Notes: a model not told the origin generated them from the sequence alone. A DNA stretch of 64,000 nucleotides from Phycisphaerales bacterium (GCA_003162245.1 PMMM01000196.1:8900-72899); one strand, 5' to 3'; shown: positions 47,539 through 57,794, numbered from the stretch's first letter. Numbers and translations are program-made.

Positions 47539-48438
47539 ATGGACGCGGTTGCGACGCACGGCCTGAGCAAGCGGTACGGGGCCTGCGTGGCGCTGTGCGC
47601 GCTCGACCTGCGCGTGGGGGCTGGACGGCTGTTTGGGTTCCTCGGGCCGAACGGGGCGGGGAAGACCACGGCGTTGCGGATTCTGCTGGGACTGCTGCGG
47701 GCGACGGCCGGGCGGGCGGAGGTCCTGGGACGCGACGCGTGGCGCGACGGGCCGGCCTTGCGAACGGAGGTGGGCTATCTGCCGGGTGACGTCCACTTCT
47801 ACGACGCGCTGACCGGCCGGGCGACGCTGGAGTTCGTCGACGCGATTCGCGGCGGGCGTTGCGGGCCGGAAATCCGCCGGCTCACGGAGTGCCTCGACCT
47901 CAATCTCGACAAGCGTGTGCGGGACTATTCCCGCGGCATGAAGCAGAAGCTGGGACTGATCGTCGCGATGATGCATCGGCCGCGGCTCTTGATTCTCGAC
48001 GAGCCGACGACGGGGCTGGATCCCTTGATCCGGGCGACGCTCTACGGGGAGTTGCGCTCAATCGCGGCGGAGGGCCGCACGGTGTTCTTCTCCAGTCATA
48101 CGCTGGCGGAAGTGGAGGAGCTGTGCGACGAGGTGGCGATCCTGCGTGACGGCCGGCTGGCGGAGCAGCAGCGCATGGAGCTGCTCAAGGCGCGGGCACA
48201 GCGGCACGTCGAGATTCACTTCGATGTCGGCCGGCGGTTGTCGACGCCATTGCCCGATGGGTTGCAGGTGCTCGAGCAGTCGCCGGGGGCGCTGCGCGGA
48301 ACGTGGCAGGGGCCGCCGGATCGGCTGCTGGCATGGTTGTCACAGTGTTCCGTGCAGGACATGACGCTGGCGCCGCCGGATCTGGAGGAGCTGTTCCTGG
48401 CGTATTACCGTTGTCCGAAAGGGGGGGGCAAGGCATGA
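47539..48438 (+). CDS. ABC transporter ATP-binding protein
   Basis: GPNGAGKT, YSRGMKQK, LDEPTTGLD. Confidence 0.93.
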   Translation: MDAVATHGLSKRYGACVALCALDLRVGAGRLFGFLGPNGAGKTTALRILLGLLRATAGRAEVLGRDAWRDGPALRTEVGYLPGDVHFYDALTGRATLEFVDAIRGGRCGPEIRRLTECLDLNLDKRVRDYSRGMKQKLGLIVAMMHRPRLLILDEPTTGLDPLIRATLYGELRSIAAEGRTVFFSSHTLAEVEELCDEVAILRDGRLAEQQRMELLKARAQRHVEIHFDVGRRLSTPLPDGLQVLEQSPGALRGTWQGPPDRLLAWLSQCSVQDMTLAPPDLEELFLAYYRCPKGGGKA

Positions 48439-49256
48439 ATCGCGCAGTGTTCTGGAAGACGTTTCGCGACTATCGCCTGCTGGTAACGATCCTCATCCTG
48501 GCGATCGTGCTCTTCGAGCTGCTGGCGGTCCGCATGTTGCTGGAGGGCGTCCGCGACCTGGGAATGGTCCGGATTTGGCTGGATCGTCCGCTGCTCAAGA
48601 CGCTGGTGCGGCTGGTTTTCGGAGGCGACCTCGTCGGCGACCTGACGGCCACGACGTTGTCGACGGTGGCGCTCGCGCACCCACTCCTGTGGGCGTTGTG
48701 CTGGATTCTCGTGGTGACGATCCCGACCGGCGTGCTGTCGGGGGAGATCGGACGCGGGACGGCGGATCTGCTGCTGACGCTGCCGCTTTCGCGCGGGCGA
48801 ATCTACCTGAGCACGTCGGCGGTGTGGATTGCGGCGGTGGTCCCCGCGAGCTTCGCGCCGCTATTGGGTCTGTGGCTGGGCCAGCAGGTGTTTCCGCTGC
48901 CCGAGCGGCTCGAGTTCGGCCGGCTGTGGCAGGTATCGGTGAACTTCTGCGCGCTGAACTGGTGCATCGCCAGCGTGGCGATGTGCGTGTCCAGCCTCGT
49001 GGCGCGGCGTGGGACGGCGGTCGGGATCGTCGTGGCCGCGCTGCTCGTGTCCGACCTCATCAACCTGCTGGTGCCGTCTTGGGAGGTCGTGCGGCCGATC
49101 GCCGGCCTGGGTTTTCTGCACTACTTCCGGCCGCTGGTCATCGTGCGCAACGGGCAGGTGCCGTGGCACGACGTGGGGATTCTGCTGAGCGTGGCGCTGG
49201 CGGCGTGGCTGGCGGGGTGGTGGCACTTCGCCCGGCGGGACATACCGGCGGTGTGA
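48435..49256 (+). CDS. ABC-2 type permease
   Basis: GEIGRGTADLLLTLPLSR, about 6 TMs, FARRDI C-terminus. Confidence 0.88.
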   Translation: MNRAVFWKTFRDYRLLVTILILAIVLFELLAVRMLLEGVRDLGMVRIWLDRPLLKTLVRLVFGGDLVGDLTATTLSTVALAHPLLWALCWILVVTIPTGVLSGEIGRGTADLLLTLPLSRGRIYLSTSAVWIAAVVPASFAPLLGLWLGQQVFPLPERLEFGRLWQVSVNFCALNWCIASVAMCVSSLVARRGTAVGIVVAALLVSDLINLLVPSWEVVRPIAGLGFLHYFRPLVIVRNGQVPWHDVGILLSVALAAWLAGWWHFARRDIPAV

Positions 49257-49293
49257 CGCGAACGGGCACGGGCAAGGGAATCACGGCCGTGGG

Positions 49294-49656
49294 TCAATCT
49301 TTGTCGATCCGCGTCGTCTTCTTGTGGATTTCGCGGGTTTCGCCCTGGGGCGGCTCGTTAGCGTTCGGGTTGCGGCCTTCCCACTGCCCGGTCTTCGCGT
49401 CCATCCATTCCTTGCCGCGTACCATGCCGCTCTCGTCGAAGTGGATCAGCGCCGAGTAGTGGCGTTTCAGGTCATCATAGAGCCACTGATCGCCGAGCTC
49501 GGAAGTGGGCTTGCCCAGGATCTGCCGCACGTCCTCCCGGCCGTCCACGCCGACCTGGATCATGTCGAAATTGTCGTGGTTGAAGGGCCGCTGACAACCG
49601 GCGAGGAACGCCAAGGCGAGAGCGGCCACCAGAAAGCTGAGCGTGCGCGGGTTCAT
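49294..49656 (-). CDS. Small lipoprotein, SmpA/OmlA (BamE)-like
   Basis: Lipobox LAGC; IQVG..REDVRQILGKP..WLY. Confidence 0.65.
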   Translation of the reverse strand: MNPRTLSFLVAALALAFLAGCQRPFNHDNFDMIQVGVDGREDVRQILGKPTSELGDQWLYDDLKRHYSALIHFDESGMVRGKEWMDAKTGQWEGRNPNANEPPQGETREIHKKTTRIDKD

Positions 49657-49855
49657 AGACGAACTCCTTGGCCGGGAACGACCGGACGGGTACCAATATA
49701 GCTCAACCTACCCGGCTAGACACGCCCGCCGAGCCGAGGATAGCGGGCAGTGGGGCGGCATTCCGAATATGGCGGTACGTGGTCAGAATACTCTCCTGCG
49801 CCGGCGGATCGGCGCCGCAACGTGGGCTTGTCGCCCGAATCGAATGGAGCAACCG

Positions 49856-51349
49856 ATGAAGCGCGGCAGCAAAGCGGGGGTGGCAGGTCTGGTCGTGTTC
49901 GTTGCGGGTTTTTTGGGCACGCCGGCATGGCCGGCGGACGTTTTGTTCATGGAGCCGGCGGGGGCCACCGAAAAGGGCAGTCCACGGACGTACCGGCAGG
50001 TCACGGACGCGGGGCGGCTGAAGACGTACTCCGGCTGGCTCGAAAACGAGTCCGCCAAACGGGCGCTGGACCTGTACGGGGCAGCCTGGGCGACCATGCA
50101 GAAGCGGCAGGGCGGCGGCGAGGCCCTGCCCGCGTACTGCATCGCCCTGGAGAAGGGCGGCAACCACGCCGACATCGGCTTTCGCCTGCAAACGGCGGAC
50201 GGCGTCGAAGAGCACCCGCACCGGCCGTATATCAAGCTCGATCCCGACGAATGGCGATTCAGCACGACGCTGTTGCACGAGACGGGGCACGTCGTGCTCG
50301 CGGTTCTCACCGACGGCCGCGAGATTCCAACGCGCGAGCTCGCGTCGATTCCTCACACGACCGCGGCGCTCACCGATCGCGGGACGGCGTTCAACGAGGG
50401 CTTCGCGATCCACCTGGAGACGCTGGCGGCCCACCTCACACGCGACCCGGAGCTGCGCAGCCGGTACCAGCACGAGCGCTTCGCGTTCGGCCCGGCCGGC
50501 GGCAAGCAGGGCGAGTATTTTCGGCACGCCGCGGACCTGCTCAGCTTCTCGCAGAACATCGCCCGGTACTTCGAGGTGCGCGAGAACAACTTCGCCTTTG
50601 CGCCGGCGTTCCGCGGGCCGGATTATCTGCGCGTGCAGCTCGAAAAGAGCCGCGACTTCGCCACGCTGCGCGATGCCGACCAGCTTCTCCAGTCCGAGGG
50701 CTTCTACGCGAGCTTCTTCTTCGCGTACCTGGTCCGCGGCGACGGTCTGCCGAGCGCCAAGCTGCTGGCGGAGCGGCAGGAGCGGATGCTCGGCGTGCTC
50801 GCGGAGATGTTCGCCGCCTATCCGCCGGAGCCGGACAGCCCACACCTGCTGCGGTTCGTCGAGACGCACCTGCGGCAGCAGCCCGACGAAGCGGAGGGCA
50901 TCGTCGACGTGCTGATGGACCTCAGCCACGGCGTCCTCGTCGACGCGGACGCGGCTGGGCTCTGGCGCGAATACTATCTCGCGGCCCTGCGGCTGGACCT
51001 GAAGGAACTGCCGCTGGTCCGCATGGTCGCGGCGCGCGAGCGGTGGCGGATTGCGGCGCGCGACGACCCACAGGTGCTTTACAGCCGGCTGGGGCCGCAG
51101 ATTGCCTGCATTGTCCCCGCGCGAGCGGTCAAGCTGGCCGCGCTGGGCGATGAGCAGCCGCTGCGATTCGACATCAACACCGCGGAAGAAGGCATCCTGC
51201 TCATGATCCCCGGAATCAACGCGGAGGAGGTGGCGCGCTGGCAGGCCGAGCGGGCACGGCAGCCGTTCAAGGACGCGACGGACTTCCGAAGCCGAGCGGG
51301 GCTGCGCCCGGAGGTTATATCCGAATTGCGATTTCCGGAGAGCGGCTGA
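49856..51349 (+). CDS. Secreted HEXXH zinc-metallopeptidase-like protein with C-terminal helix-hairpin-helix domain
   Basis: Signal peptide; LLHETGH..AFNEGFA; DINTA..LLMIPGI..PFKDATDF (ComEA-like). Confidence 0.7.
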   Translation: MKRGSKAGVAGLVVFVAGFLGTPAWPADVLFMEPAGATEKGSPRTYRQVTDAGRLKTYSGWLENESAKRALDLYGAAWATMQKRQGGGEALPAYCIALEKGGNHADIGFRLQTADGVEEHPHRPYIKLDPDEWRFSTTLLHETGHVVLAVLTDGREIPTRELASIPHTTAALTDRGTAFNEGFAIHLETLAAHLTRDPELRSRYQHERFAFGPAGGKQGEYFRHAADLLSFSQNIARYFEVRENNFAFAPAFRGPDYLRVQLEKSRDFATLRDADQLLQSEGFYASFFFAYLVRGDGLPSAKLLAERQERMLGVLAEMFAAYPPEPDSPHLLRFVETHLRQQPDEAEGIVDVLMDLSHGVLVDADAAGLWREYYLAALRLDLKELPLVRMVAARERWRIAARDDPQVLYSRLGPQIACIVPARAVKLAALGDEQPLRFDINTAEEGILLMIPGINAEEVARWQAERARQPFKDATDFRSRAGLRPEVISELRFPESG

Positions 51350-51352
51350 TCG

Positions 51353-52285
51353 TCAGGCGAGCTCGTTGACCGCCCGCACGACGTCTGCCGGTGCGATACG
51401 CCAGTCGTCCGGTTTGGCCGCCGGGTCCCCGGCGAAGACGCGTACGCTCGGCCCCAGGGGCCGCCAAATGCTCGGCGAGGTCGGGCCGAAGATCGCCACC
51501 GTCGGCGTGCCCAGGAGGGCGGCCAGGTGCGTGGGCCCCGCATCGTTGCCGACGAAGGCGTCCGCGGCGGCGAGGAGCGTGACCAGCTCCTCGGGCGACG
51601 GCGCGCGAACGAGCGGGAACTCGTCAGCGAGGGTCGCTAGCTCGTCGGCGGGCCAGGTTTCCTGCTCGACGTGGCCGACGACGAAGCGAATCGCGCGCTG
51701 CTCCTCGCGTCGCAGGCGGCGCGCGACTTCCATGAAGCACGGCAGCGGCCAGCGTTTCGCGCGGCCGCCGCTGCCGGGATGAAGCACGATTCCGCCGCCG
51801 GGCCGGCGCAATTCGTTCGGCACGCCGAGGGCGCGGTGCGCCGGGTGCTGGTGGACGCACTTCGGTACGAGCAGGCCCTGGGCCTCCAGTTGCGTGATCC
51901 ACTGCTCGGTGATGTGCCGCTGCACGCCGTCGCGCGGACGCGGATCGAAGCTGTACAACGCCGCGGGGGCCAACTCGGCCAGGCGTCGGTGCACGGGCGT
52001 GTCCGGCCCGCCGAGTGCGTTGAGCACGCGCGCCCCGCGGACGACGCCCGACAACCGCTCCGGCGACGGGTCGTCGCCGTCGCCGAACAACCAGTGCAGT
52101 CCCAACCCCTCCGGCGATTGACGCCGAATGCTCGGCCGGCAATGGGACAGGTCGCCGAGATTCGTGCGTGAAATGAGGCGCAGATCACTCGCGGTGCACG
52201 CACCGGGGAGGCGCAGCGCGAGTTGGATGGTCAGTACCAAGTCGCCCAGCGCCCCGCCGTGCAGGATGAGCCAGTCGTCGGCCAT
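51353..52285 (-). CDS. Glycosyltransferase family 9 (heptosyltransferase-like)
   Basis: GGALGD, HPGSGG..KRWP, GNDAGPTHLAA..PTVAIFGPT. Confidence 0.9.
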   Translation of the reverse strand: MADDWLILHGGALGDLVLTIQLALRLPGACTASDLRLISRTNLGDLSHCRPSIRRQSPEGLGLHWLFGDGDDPSPERLSGVVRGARVLNALGGPDTPVHRRLAELAPAALYSFDPRPRDGVQRHITEQWITQLEAQGLLVPKCVHQHPAHRALGVPNELRRPGGGIVLHPGSGGRAKRWPLPCFMEVARRLRREEQRAIRFVVGHVEQETWPADELATLADEFPLVRAPSPEELVTLLAAADAFVGNDAGPTHLAALLGTPTVAIFGPTSPSIWRPLGPSVRVFAGDPAAKPDDWRIAPADVVRAVNELA

Positions 52286-52314
52286 TGCGTCGCGCTCGTT
52301 CGTGGCACACGCGG

Positions 52315-52797
52315 TCACATTTTGTGCACGCCCTTGATCGTCTGGACTTGCCCGGCGTGGTACACGTCGTGCATAGCTACGCCACGGATCAGCATCGCCT
52401 TGCTCACTTTCGAGCCGGCGTGGGTGGCGTCGAGTTGTCCGGCCGAGAGCTCTGCGACCGCCGCGCGCAGCGCCGCGTGCTGAGATTGGAGCAGCGCCAC
52501 GTACTGCCGCCACACGGCCGGCGTGGGCGGGTCGGGCAACGCAAACCAATTGCTGCCCTTCAGCGGGAAGGAGCCGCGTTTGTCGCCGCGCAGCCAGCGA
52601 CGGGCGGCGTACTTCCAGTAGGCGCAGTGGACGACGAGCTCGGCGATGGAATGGTGGCCCGTTCGCCACGCGGCCTGCGTGGCGGACAGCCCGCGAACGC
52701 TGCCGCGGAGGTTGGTCCCGTGCCAGGACTTCTTGTTGTAGGCTTCGTCGAGCAGGGACAGTAACGGCTCGATTCCAGAACTGGCCTTGGTCTTCAT
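52315..52797 (-). CDS. DinB family protein
   Basis: SWHG, HSIAELVVH, HDVYHAGQ. Confidence 0.85.
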   Translation of the reverse strand: MKTKASSGIEPLLSLLDEAYNKKSWHGTNLRGSVRGLSATQAAWRTGHHSIAELVVHCAYWKYAARRWLRGDKRGSFPLKGSNWFALPDPPTPAVWRQYVALLQSQHAALRAAVAELSAGQLDATHAGSKVSKAMLIRGVAMHDVYHAGQVQTIKGVHKM

Positions 52798-52837
52798 GTG
52801 ACCTCCCACCGGCGGCACGCCGCGTCACAGCGGGCGT

Positions 52838-53203
52838 TTATGTCGCCGCCGCCGCACCGCCCGCGGCGGCGGCCTGCTGCCGGCGGCGACGGACCGTCTC
52901 GACGGTCGTGGCCTGCTGTCCCGTCGAGGCGTCGGCGTTCTCCATCGTCAACAGCACAGCATGGTACCCCATCTTCGGCAGGCCGTTGTGCCACAGCAGT
53001 TCGCCGTTGCGTTTGTCGAGGCACCAGACGCGGCCGTTGGCGCCGGCGAAGAGCAGGTGGTTCTTGATGACGATCGACACGGGCTCGCCGACGCCGCTGC
53101 ACCGGGGCAGCTTCACCCGCCAGAGTTCCTCGCCGGTCCAGGGGTCGAGGGCGGCGACGATGCCGTTGGTGCCGAGGTAGAGAGGGTTCTCCATTCGCGC
53201 CAT
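52838..53203 (-). CDS. Small PQQ-like beta-propeller repeat protein
   Basis: ALDPWTGEELW and CLDKRNGELLW blade repeats. Confidence 0.75.
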   Translation of the reverse strand: MARMENPLYLGTNGIVAALDPWTGEELWRVKLPRCSGVGEPVSIVIKNHLLFAGANGRVWCLDKRNGELLWHNGLPKMGYHAVLLTMENADASTGQQATTVETVRRRRQQAAAAGGAAAAT

Positions 53204-53231
53204 GTGGCCCTCCTGGGCAAGTTGCTGCTTG

Positions 53232-54365
53232 CTACTCAGGACTCTTAACTGGACGTGCGATCCAGCCGCCGCCAAGGACGATCTCGCCGTCGTAGAAGAC
53301 CGCGGCTTGGCCAGGCGTTACCGCGGCCTGGGGCTCGGCGAACCGCACGTCTACATGTCCGTCACGATCGGTGCGGATCTCGCCCGGCGCCGCGGTGTGA
53401 TGATACCGAATCTGGACTTGCGCCGCTCGCGGCACACCCGTCGGCGGTGGGTCCGCGAGCCAGTTCACCTGTTCCGCGATCAGGGCAGTGCTCAGCAGCT
53501 CCGCGCGCGGGCCGAGGACGACCGTGTTCGCCGCGGCGTCGAGCCTGGTTACGTACAGCGGCTGGGCGGCCGCGATCCCCAGGCCGTGCCGTTGGCCGAC
53601 GGTGTAATTGACGATGCCGGCGTGCGTGCCGAGCACGCGGCCCCGTGAATCCAGCACGTCACCGGGGCGCTCGGTCTCCGGCCGCCGGGCGCGGACGAGC
53701 TGGGTGTAGTCGTTGTTCGGGACGAAGCAGATTTCCTGGCTTTCCGGCTTGTCATGCACGGGCAACCCGAGGTCGGCGGCGATCCGCCGGACCGTGGCCT
53801 TGTCGGCGATCTCGCCGAGCGGGAAGCGGCAGCGCGGCAGGTTCGGGCGCTGGATGCCAAAGAGGACGTAGGACTGGTCCTTGGCTTGGTTGAGGGCGCG
53901 GGCCAGACGCGGGCCGTCCTGCGCAGGCAGCACACGGGCGTAATGCCCCGTCGCGACGATCTCCGCGCCGATCATGTCCGCGTACGCCAGCAGCTTGCCA
54001 AACTTGAGTTGCGTGTTGCAGACGACGCAGGGGTTCGGCGTGCGGGCGCGGGCGTACTCGTCCACGAAGTACTCGATGATGCGCTCGAACTCGGCGTGGA
54101 AGTCCACGGAATAGAAGGGGATGCCCAGCTTGGCCGCGACGGCCCGCGCGTCGCACGCGTCGCCGGCGGAGCAGCAGCCTTGCTTCAGCCGCGGCAAGGC
54201 GGGTTCGGAGGCGGTCCGCGCAGCGGACCCTACGGCCTCGGCCGCCTCCCCGACCCACATGAACACGCCGACGCAGTCGTAACCCTGCTCCTTGAGCAGG
54301 CAGGCCGCGACGGAGGAATCCACTCCGCCGGACATCGCGACCAGGACCTTGCCGTTGCGGGACAT
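53232..54365 (-). CDS. mnmA: tRNA 2-thiouridine(34) synthase
   Basis: AMSGGVDS, TPNPC, ATGHYA, KDQSY, ESQEICF, TPGQAAVFY. Confidence 0.96.
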   Translation of the reverse strand: MSRNGKVLVAMSGGVDSSVAACLLKEQGYDCVGVFMWVGEAAEAVGSAARTASEPALPRLKQGCCSAGDACDARAVAAKLGIPFYSVDFHAEFERIIEYFVDEYARARTPNPCVVCNTQLKFGKLLAYADMIGAEIVATGHYARVLPAQDGPRLARALNQAKDQSYVLFGIQRPNLPRCRFPLGEIADKATVRRIAADLGLPVHDKPESQEICFVPNNDYTQLVRARRPETERPGDVLDSRGRVLGTHAGIVNYTVGQRHGLGIAAAQPLYVTRLDAAANTVVLGPRAELLSTALIAEQVNWLADPPPTGVPRAAQVQIRYHHTAAPGEIRTDRDGHVDVRFAEPQAAVTPGQAAVFYDGEIVLGGGWIARPVKSPE

Positions 54366-54376
54366 GGCTTAATCAT

Positions 54377-54411
54377 AGGGATTGAGGGATTGAGGGACAA
54401 AGGGATTGAGG
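54377..54411. repeat. Tandem 8-mers (AGGGATTG)
   Basis: agggattg agggattg agggacaa agggattg agg. Confidence 0.75.
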
Positions 54412-54450
54412 CAGCAGCCACGTCGGGAGCGGCGGTGGTCGGCGGCCGCG

Positions 54451-56130
54451 CTAGACCTTCGTGACGCGCAGCACTTCCTGCGGCGTGGTGTGGCCGGCGC
54501 GGCAGATGCGCCAGCCCTCCTCGCGCATCAGCACCAGGCCTTGCTTGCGGGCGACTTGCAGGATCTGCGAGGCCGATGCCTGGTTGATTACCATCTCACG
54601 CATCTGGTCGTTCATGACGAGCAGCTCATACAACGCGCGTCGGCCGGAGAAGCCCGTGTTGCGGCACTCCTTGCAGCCCTTCCCACGATACAGCACTTCG
54701 CCGCGCTTGTAGCCGAAGTCCGGCGGAAAGAGGTGGGGGTTCTCGGGCACCCATTCCTCTTTGCACCACTTGCAGACGGTCCGCACGAGACGCTGGCCGA
54801 GGACGCCTTCGAGCGAGCTGGCGACGAGGAACGGCTCGACGCCCATGTCGAGCAGACGCGTCGTCGCGGTGACGGCGTCGTTCGTGTGCAACGTGCTGAA
54901 GACCAAGTGGCCGGTGAGCGAGGCGTTGATGGCGACCTCGGCGGTCTCCTTGTCGCGAATCTCGCCCACCAGGATGACGTCCGGGTCGTGCCGCAGGAAG
55001 CTCCGCAGCGCGCGGGCGAAGGTCAGGCCGATCTTGGGGATCACGTGCGTTTGATTGACGCCCTCGAGGTAGTATTCGACCGGGTCCTCAATCGTGAGGA
55101 TCTTCAACTCCGCGCTGACGATCGACAGCAACGCCGCGTAGAGCGTGGTCGTCTTGCCCGAGCCCGTGGGCCCGGTGACGAGCATGATCCCGTGCGGCCG
55201 GGTGATGAGGTCGTGGAACGTGTCGTACGTCGGCCCCTCCATCCCGAGCATGTGCAAATCGAGCTTGACCGACGTGCGGTCCAGGATACGCAGGACGATC
55301 CCCTCGCCGAAGGCCATCGGGATGACGCTGACGCGCAGGTCGATCTCGCGACCGTGGGCCTTGATCTTGAATCCGCCGTCCTGCGGCAGGCGGCGTTCGG
55401 CAATGTTGAGGTTCGAGAGGATTTTGATGCGGCTGATGATGGCGTTCTGGAAGCGGCGGATTTCGGGCGGGACGTTGGCGACCTCGAGCACGCCGTCGAT
55501 GCGGTAGCGGACGCGGAAGTCGTTCTCGAACGGCTCGTAGTGAATGTCGCTGGCCCGCTGGCTGATCGCCTCGCTGAGGATCTCGTTGACGAGCTTGATG
55601 ACCGAGGCTTCCTGGGCGAGCTGAACGTCGAGGTCCTCGGACTCGACCTTCTTCTCGTCGATGATCTCGAGGTCGCCCTTCTCGTCGACCATCTCCTGGA
55701 GCACTTCGCCGCCGACGCCGTAGAACGCGCGGATGAGCTTCTGGATCTCGGTGCGTGGGGCGAGGATGGGCTCGACGGGCATGTTGATGCAGGTGCGGAC
55801 CTCGTCGAGCGCGTACATGTTGTAGGGGTCGGAGGTCGCGATGCGGACGCCCTTGCCGTTCTTCGTGATCGGCATGAGCCCGTAGCGGTGCACCAGCCGG
55901 CTCGGAATCAGCTTGAGCAACTCGCGGTCGATGTCGGCCTCTTTGAGCTCGATCACCGGAATGCGGAGCTGCTCGCTGAAGACGTCGAGCACCGCCCGCT
56001 CCGTGACGTAGCCCTCGCGAATCAGGACCTGGTCCATGCGCTCGCTGGGCGAAGTCCGCTTGGCGGTCGCCTCGGCGAGCTGGTCCGCCGTGATGAGGCC
56101 CTTGGCAACGAGGTCTTCCCCAATCGGCAT
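54451..56130 (-). CDS. GspE/PulE/PilB-type secretion/pilus assembly ATPase
   Basis: ASDIH, ERRLPQDG, GPTGSGKT, EDPVE, LRHDPD, TGHLVFSTLHTN, CxxC..CxxC. Confidence 0.93.
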   Translation of the reverse strand: MPIGEDLVAKGLITADQLAEATAKRTSPSERMDQVLIREGYVTERAVLDVFSEQLRIPVIELKEADIDRELLKLIPSRLVHRYGLMPITKNGKGVRIATSDPYNMYALDEVRTCINMPVEPILAPRTEIQKLIRAFYGVGGEVLQEMVDEKGDLEIIDEKKVESEDLDVQLAQEASVIKLVNEILSEAISQRASDIHYEPFENDFRVRYRIDGVLEVANVPPEIRRFQNAIISRIKILSNLNIAERRLPQDGGFKIKAHGREIDLRVSVIPMAFGEGIVLRILDRTSVKLDLHMLGMEGPTYDTFHDLITRPHGIMLVTGPTGSGKTTTLYAALLSIVSAELKILTIEDPVEYYLEGVNQTHVIPKIGLTFARALRSFLRHDPDVILVGEIRDKETAEVAINASLTGHLVFSTLHTNDAVTATTRLLDMGVEPFLVASSLEGVLGQRLVRTVCKWCKEEWVPENPHLFPPDFGYKRGEVLYRGKGCKECRNTGFSGRRALYELLVMNDQMREMVINQASASQILQVARKQGLVLMREEGWRICRAGHTTPQEVLRVTKV

Positions 56131-56204
56131 GGCTGTGTCTAACCTTCTCCTGGACAGTAAGTTACGGGCGCACCTTCCGCAGGCGACCTGCCTGCCCGGC
56201 AGTT

Positions 56205-56210
56205 ATTATA
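56205..56210 (-). promoter_or_regulatory. Consensus -10 box upstream of the GspE/PilB gene
   Basis: TATAAT on the minus strand, about 75 nt before the ATG. Confidence 0.5.
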
Positions 56211-56329
56211 CCGCCGGGGCGCGGGCGGGATGCGACTCCTATGACAATCATCGGCACGAATTTGCGCCTCCTGTTCTGACCCGGGCCCGCTACCGGCTGC
56301 AACCCCCGGTCATCGTAGTCACGGCGAAA

Positions 56330-56338
56330 TGGTATAAT
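56330..56338 (+). promoter_or_regulatory. Extended -10 promoter upstream of the pilin-like gene
   Basis: Perfect TGnTATAAT (TGGTATAAT), about 80 nt before the ATG. Confidence 0.6.
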
Positions 56339-56420
56339 AGCGACCAAGTGGCACAGGGTTGCGCAGCGCGCGAGCTGGTGCCCGCGGCGCCAACCGTCTC
56401 TGGCCTTTACAGGTGAGTTT

Positions 56421-57509
56421 ATGGCACGCGCAGATTTGAGGGTAGCGCTGCGGTCGACGGTCCGGCCGGCCCGCGGTTTCACGCTGATTGAGCTGCTCAC
56501 GGTCATCGCGATCATCGCTTTGCTCATTGCGATCCTGATGCCCTCGCTGTCGAAAGCACGCGATGCGGCCAAGAACGTCCGCACGCGCGGCACGATGAAG
56601 AGCATCAGCGACGGCCTGGAGCTGTTCGTGGGTGAGAATGAGGACGAATGCCACGGCAACAACTACCCGCCCTCCCACGCCGGCGACGATCCGACCGAGG
56701 AGGACAAGGCCGGTGACGCAAACGTGCTCGGGAATGAGCAGATGTTCGGCTGCCAGTGGCTCGTGCGCTACCTGATGGGCAAGAACCTCGACGGGTACGT
56801 GCCCAAGCGGAGCGTGCCTAAGATCTGGGATGAAACCGTCGGCGGTCCCGCTGGCTGGGGACAAAAGCTGTGGTACGGCAAGCCGGGCGACACCGGCTGG
56901 CCCACCCAACTCACCGAACCCCTGGCGCGGAGCGGCCCCTACATGGGCCAGGCGATCGTTCGCCCGCCGCGCGATCTGGCGGGCTCGCCGGTGGACGATT
57001 CGACCGGCGGGGCCCCGAAATGGGTGAATTGGGTGTTCGTGGACGCCTACAACCTGCCGATCCTCTACTACGCCGCCAACTCGCGCTACGCGGATCGGCC
57101 AAACGCGACGCTCACGACGTGGGACAGCGACCCGAACGCCGGCTGCCCGCCCGGCATCTACACGTGGCGCGACAATGCGCTCTTCACCGGCCTGACGTCC
57201 GAAACCTCGACTTCACGCGACGTTACCATCCCCGCTTGGGACTTCGGCGGCGGCCCGCACAAGCTGACCTTCGGACCGCAGGCGTGGAGGACGGGCGCGA
57301 CCGCCGCAACGTCGCAACATGACGACATCAGGAGCCACACGCAGTCCTTCGCGTACTGGATCATGAACAAGCAGATCTTCGAAACGACCTTCGGCCTTAA
57401 CGGCGCCTCCAAGGCCAATGTCGTGCCGACACGGCGCGACACTTTCCTGCTCTGGAGCCCGGGCAAGGACGGCGTGTTTGGGACCGGCGACGACATAACG
57501 AACTTCTAG
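56421..57509 (+). CDS. Prepilin-type N-terminal cleavage/methylation domain protein (pseudopilin-like)
   Basis: RGFTLIELLTVIAIIALLIAILMPSLSKAR; GspG-like tail SPGKDGVFGTGDDITNF. Confidence 0.9.
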   Translation: MARADLRVALRSTVRPARGFTLIELLTVIAIIALLIAILMPSLSKARDAAKNVRTRGTMKSISDGLELFVGENEDECHGNNYPPSHAGDDPTEEDKAGDANVLGNEQMFGCQWLVRYLMGKNLDGYVPKRSVPKIWDETVGGPAGWGQKLWYGKPGDTGWPTQLTEPLARSGPYMGQAIVRPPRDLAGSPVDDSTGGAPKWVNWVFVDAYNLPILYYAANSRYADRPNATLTTWDSDPNAGCPPGIYTWRDNALFTGLTSETSTSRDVTIPAWDFGGGPHKLTFGPQAWRTGATAATSQHDDIRSHTQSFAYWIMNKQIFETTFGLNGASKANVVPTRRDTFLLWSPGKDGVFGTGDDITNF

Positions 57510-57537
57510 GGCGGCTTCAATTAGGGTGCGTCGCCTT

Positions 57538-57589
57538 GGGAGGGCGAGCCTCCCGGCGAACCGCGGCTCGGCAGGAGCTTCGCCCTCCC
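57538..57589. repeat. Inverted pair of 26-bp REP-like units
   Basis: GGGAGGGCGAGCCTCCCGGCGAACCG directly followed by CGGCTCGGCAGGAGCTTCGCCCTCCC (about 21/26 to the reverse complement). Confidence 0.7.
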
Positions 57590-57794
57590 GACAGCAGGAG
57601 CCTCGTCCTTCCTGTGGCCAAGCCAGACGCGCGCGGGCCTCCGGCCCGTGCGGCGGGGTTGCGGATCGTTTATCCTGTGCGCCCGAGGCTGCGGCCGCCT
57701 AACCGTCGCCGCGGCCGGTTGTCCAAGCTATATGCGAACCCGGGCGGGTGTGCCGCCGGGCCACGGGCTTCTCGGGCTGCAAGAGGTCTACGCC

